In this document: positions 60,601-64,000 of the stretch, one piece after another
Layout of the letters: every line of letters begins with the position of its first letter
Numbering within the stretch: the stretch's first letter is position 1
Origin: Schizochytrium sp. TIO01
Taxonomy: Eukaryota > Protista > Bigyra: Labyrinthulomycetes
Direction: 5' to 3'
Length of the DNA stretch: 64,000 nucleotides
Assembly: GCA_004764695.1 (NCBI GenBank)
Contig: SMSO01000031.1
Coordinates: 9,158,761-9,222,760 of the forward strand
Made by a program: the position numbers and the translations under genes
Notes under the pieces: model-generated
Databases searched by the model: none
Told to the model about the DNA's origin: nothing
What the model saw: only the letters and a program-made list of their open reading frames with translations

Positions 60601-61490
60601 GGTTGCTTGCTGTGCTTATGAAGGTACTGTTTACTGGTTACTGTTTACCTTTTTTGGGGGTTTTGTTGATGTAAAAAACCAAGAACAAGGAAAGAAAAAA
60701 AGATGGCTCCTTCGACACAGTCGATGTCAGTGGCGTCTTAGTTTGCTTTCGCCGATGTTGTCTATTGACAAAGCAATCGAGCACCTATAAAGATTCGAGG
60801 GCATAATAGACAGGTTCAAAGCAAAACATGCATGCATACCTAGCTACAGGTTAGAGAGACTTCTAGAGGTACTTACTCTTGCCTGTTTTTTCCCAATCCA
60901 TGCATCACATAACTAAACTGCTGCGTTCCCCAAGAGCATAACGTACGATGTATGTATGGTGGTCTCACCAACCAGAAGCTAGCTAGCCACTCAACTTGAA
61001 CGCAGCGACCATCCATCAGGACATCGAAGGCAAGCAAGCAGACAGACAGGCAGCCGTTAGCCAATCAGATTTCGCGAACCTGCACTCGCGAGTCGGGAAG
61101 CATTTGCAGCGACGAGTGACCCCAACGCATGCAGTCTATGAATGAAGAGCCTGGGCGATTGCGCCTCCCGGGGCCGCCTGTAAAGTAATGCAAACAAGAA
61201 GCACAGTGAAAACCAGTCAATGCCGCGCAAGGATCTCTTCTTCGTGCCCATCGTGAAGTTAGGAGCCCAACGGAATGCCTCTCGTATTGGTCCTCAAGGA
61301 GCTGCACCTTGTGCCACGGTCGAACATCGCCCCCCTGTTTATGCATACAGAGTCTCTCTCGCGAGGTTTCTCAAGAGCAGCGCCGCCAGGGACTGGGAAA
61401 GTCCTCAAGCGAGGCGAGGAAAACGGACGAATCGGCGCTCTGGCAAGTTTGCGTTTGCGTTTTGTGATAGATACTCGAATAAATGCGGCC

Positions 61491-61733
61491 CAAACAAACA
61501 AACAAACAAACAAACAAACAAACAAACAAACAAACAAACAAACAAACAAACAAACAAACAAACAAACAAACAAACAAACAAACAAACAAACAAACAAACA
61601 AACAAACAAACAAACAAACAAACAAACAAACAAACAAACAAACAAACAAACAAACAAACAAACAAACAAACAAACAAACAAACAAACAAACAAACAAACA
61701 AACAAACAAACAAACAAACAAACAAACAAACAA
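61491..61733. repeat. Perfect (AAAC)~60 microsatellite
   Basis: Uninterrupted ~240-bp tetranucleotide run. Confidence 0.98.
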
Positions 61734-62324
61734 GTGAGGACTTCTTGAAAATGTGCCTCGCGCGTTATTGCAAAGCATCAGCGCGTTGAATCGCATCGCT
61801 TGTTGCATGCAATTCACATGGCACAAGCCTGCTAAGTAAGGTGCTGTGTGGTCTGACTAAAAAGAGCTCCTCGAGAAAGCAAGAATTGCCATGGTGAAGC
61901 AATCTGCAGCAAGTCTAGCTCTGAGGAAGGAATGCCTGCGTAGGTGGCATGGGTTCGTCTCGAGCGCAAGCAAGCTGTATTTCCTAAGGTAATGATAATA
62001 AATCGTGGATTTTTCATTGCATTTCGCTGCATCACTCAAGCGATAACCTGAGCGCTTGTAGAAACATATGCAGGTTTGCAAAAAATAATTCTGACTTAAC
62101 CAGGCGCTTCTTGTTAAAAATGCTGGCTTGGGGTTGAAGAGATGATACGACTGGCGAGTTTGCAAGTCATTTTGCAACGGACGGCGACTCTGACCCTCCT
62201 CCGTGATCGTGCTGCCTCGAGTCCTCGAGTTCTCGAACTCGTGGCCGTGACTGGCTTTGCTGCAAAAGCTCTCCGTCATGATCATCAGCCAACCAGCCAG
62301 TCAGTTTCATTCATTTGATGTTAA

Positions 62325-62485
62325 ATTGAATGAATGAATGAATCAATCAATCAACCAATTTTACATCATATGAATGAATGAATCTTATTTAGATCAAATG
62401 AACGAATGGATGAATGAATGGATGAATGAATGAATGAAGCTATCAACTTTAGATCAAATGAAAGAATGAATGAAAGAATGAAAAA
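62325..62485. repeat. (GAAT)n-rich tract
   Basis: Directly visible. Confidence 0.85.
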
Positions 62486-63097
62486 TCGAATTAATCAATC
62501 CATGCATGCATGTATCCATCAATCAACTTTATAAAAAAAAAAAGCAAACAAAGTTAAACTGGCGGGCTCCTCCGTCCGCTTATTTATTATAATAAGCACA
62601 GCCGCACATTTTGCACCTTTTGCATATATATATATATACATGTGTGTATATATGTATGTATCTCTTTCGGTCAGGGCCGATTGCTTCTTCCTCCATTCCT
62701 CAGTCTTCTTCCAACCGTTAGCACCAGCGTGTCTTTCATCTCAAAAAGGTGGTTAAAATGCCAGTTCGGTAGTTAAGTGGTTAGGTTCTCGTGCTGGTCG
62801 AAGGGAAACAAAAAGCTCATCCTTTCCTCCTTCTGGGAAATCAATCATCGGAATCGATAGACTGCCGAGGGAGACGCAGTGACTCACTCGGCGGAGGCGT
62901 GTTTGGCTGTCGGCCTGCCTCTCTGGTTGGGCCATCTTGCGCGAAGAGTCTCCATCGAAGACCCGAAAGAGCTGCCAGGGCGCAGCTTTTCCTTCAAAAC
63001 GCAATCGTGGACAGACATACATATAAAACAAGATGAGATTTCGCAAGAGGCAAAACGAGTCTTTCCTCTCTCTCTCTCTCTCTCACTGCCCATCTCG

Positions 63098-63213
63098 TTC
63101 CCATTTGTTTATTTTATTCCCTTTTGTTTATTTATTCCCTTTTGTTTATTCCCATTAATTCATTCCCATTTGTTCATTCCCATTTGTTTATTCCCATTTG
63201 TTTATTCCCATTT
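63098..63213. repeat. Minisatellite of ~14-18-bp units TTCCC(A/T)TTTGTTTA
   Basis: About seven imperfect tandem copies. Confidence 0.85.
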
Positions 63214-64000
63214 CGCAGATTGTGGCGAATGGATCTGCGCATTCTATGAAAATCAGTCCATGTGGGCCGTCGTCGAGGCCACTTTGCCTTAGCAGTGCCG
63301 GGGTTCGTGCCGTCCCATCCCATAGACATGGATGGCTTTGGCACCTTGGGCAAGTGAGTGAGTGAGTTGCTTCTCCAAGGCGGAGAGATGAGAGACGATG
63401 CCCCGTGGTTCGTTAGATGCCTTGCTTGCTTGAAGGTGCTCTTGAAAGACATACCTGCTGCTACTCTCTGTAGCTAGAGCTAGAGAGGTATCGTTTGCCT
63501 AGACGGGGGAAGAAGATCGGAAACCAAACCAAAGCAAGAATAACTTACTCTTGTGTGCAAAACCATGAAGGCCAAGTTGAGCCGTGCTGACAAGTTTTCT
63601 GCTAGAGCCTACAAACCAGCGAGTGCAAGCTAAACACTCTTGCGAAATCATCCTCTGTAGCCCTCCGGTCGGTCTACTCGGACTGCGTCGCAGGCGTCGT
63701 TGTGGACATCACTCTTAATTTGCTTAAGCTGCCTTTTTTGCTTTTTTTGCTTTTTTGCTTTTTTGCTTTAAAATAAAATTGTAATTTTTGATATGATATG
63801 ATATATATATCATATGTACGTATTGATTAAAAATAAAATAAATTATAAAAATATTGTTTCTTAAAAAATAAATTAATACATAAAATATAAACCATTTCCT
63901 AACAAAACAAACCAACAAGTACAGAGGCCCCTTTCGTAAGTAGTAGGTATTACTATTTATCGATTGAAGGATCTTTGTTAAACCAAACAAATAGACTACT

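Noticed and set aside
61220-61826. ORFs with QTNK or FVCL repeats
   Set aside because: Translations of the (AAAC)n microsatellite.

Overview
Eukaryotic genomic DNA, most likely from a stramenopile of the labyrinthulomycete/thraustochytrid type. This is inferred from the nearly intron-free genes, a tubular-mastigoneme-type EGF protein and microsatellite-rich intergenic DNA. About ten genes are present: CK2 beta (5'-truncated), a Sig/Ocm-like EGF protein, a small coiled-coil protein, an iron-containing alcohol dehydrogenase, a large unknown split gene, a bZIP factor with two SnoaL/NTF2-like domains, a BMT5/DUF2431 rRNA methyltransferase, a ~2300-aa multi-domain chromatin reader, an NCKX/SLC24 exchanger and a divergent PP2A B56-like protein. 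The intergenic DNA holds many decayed elements. The clearest is an internally deleted IS607-type element at ~49.8-50.7 kb (minus strand), in which a MerR-HTH/serine-recombinase TnpA remnant is fused to the C-terminal RuvC/Zn-ribbon half of a Fanzor2/TnpB nuclease and followed by a hairpin-containing candidate omegaRNA/right end. There are also LTR-retrotransposon fragments and ARM, kinase, TPR and VWA-like relics. All calls come from motifs read by eye; no database searches were run.
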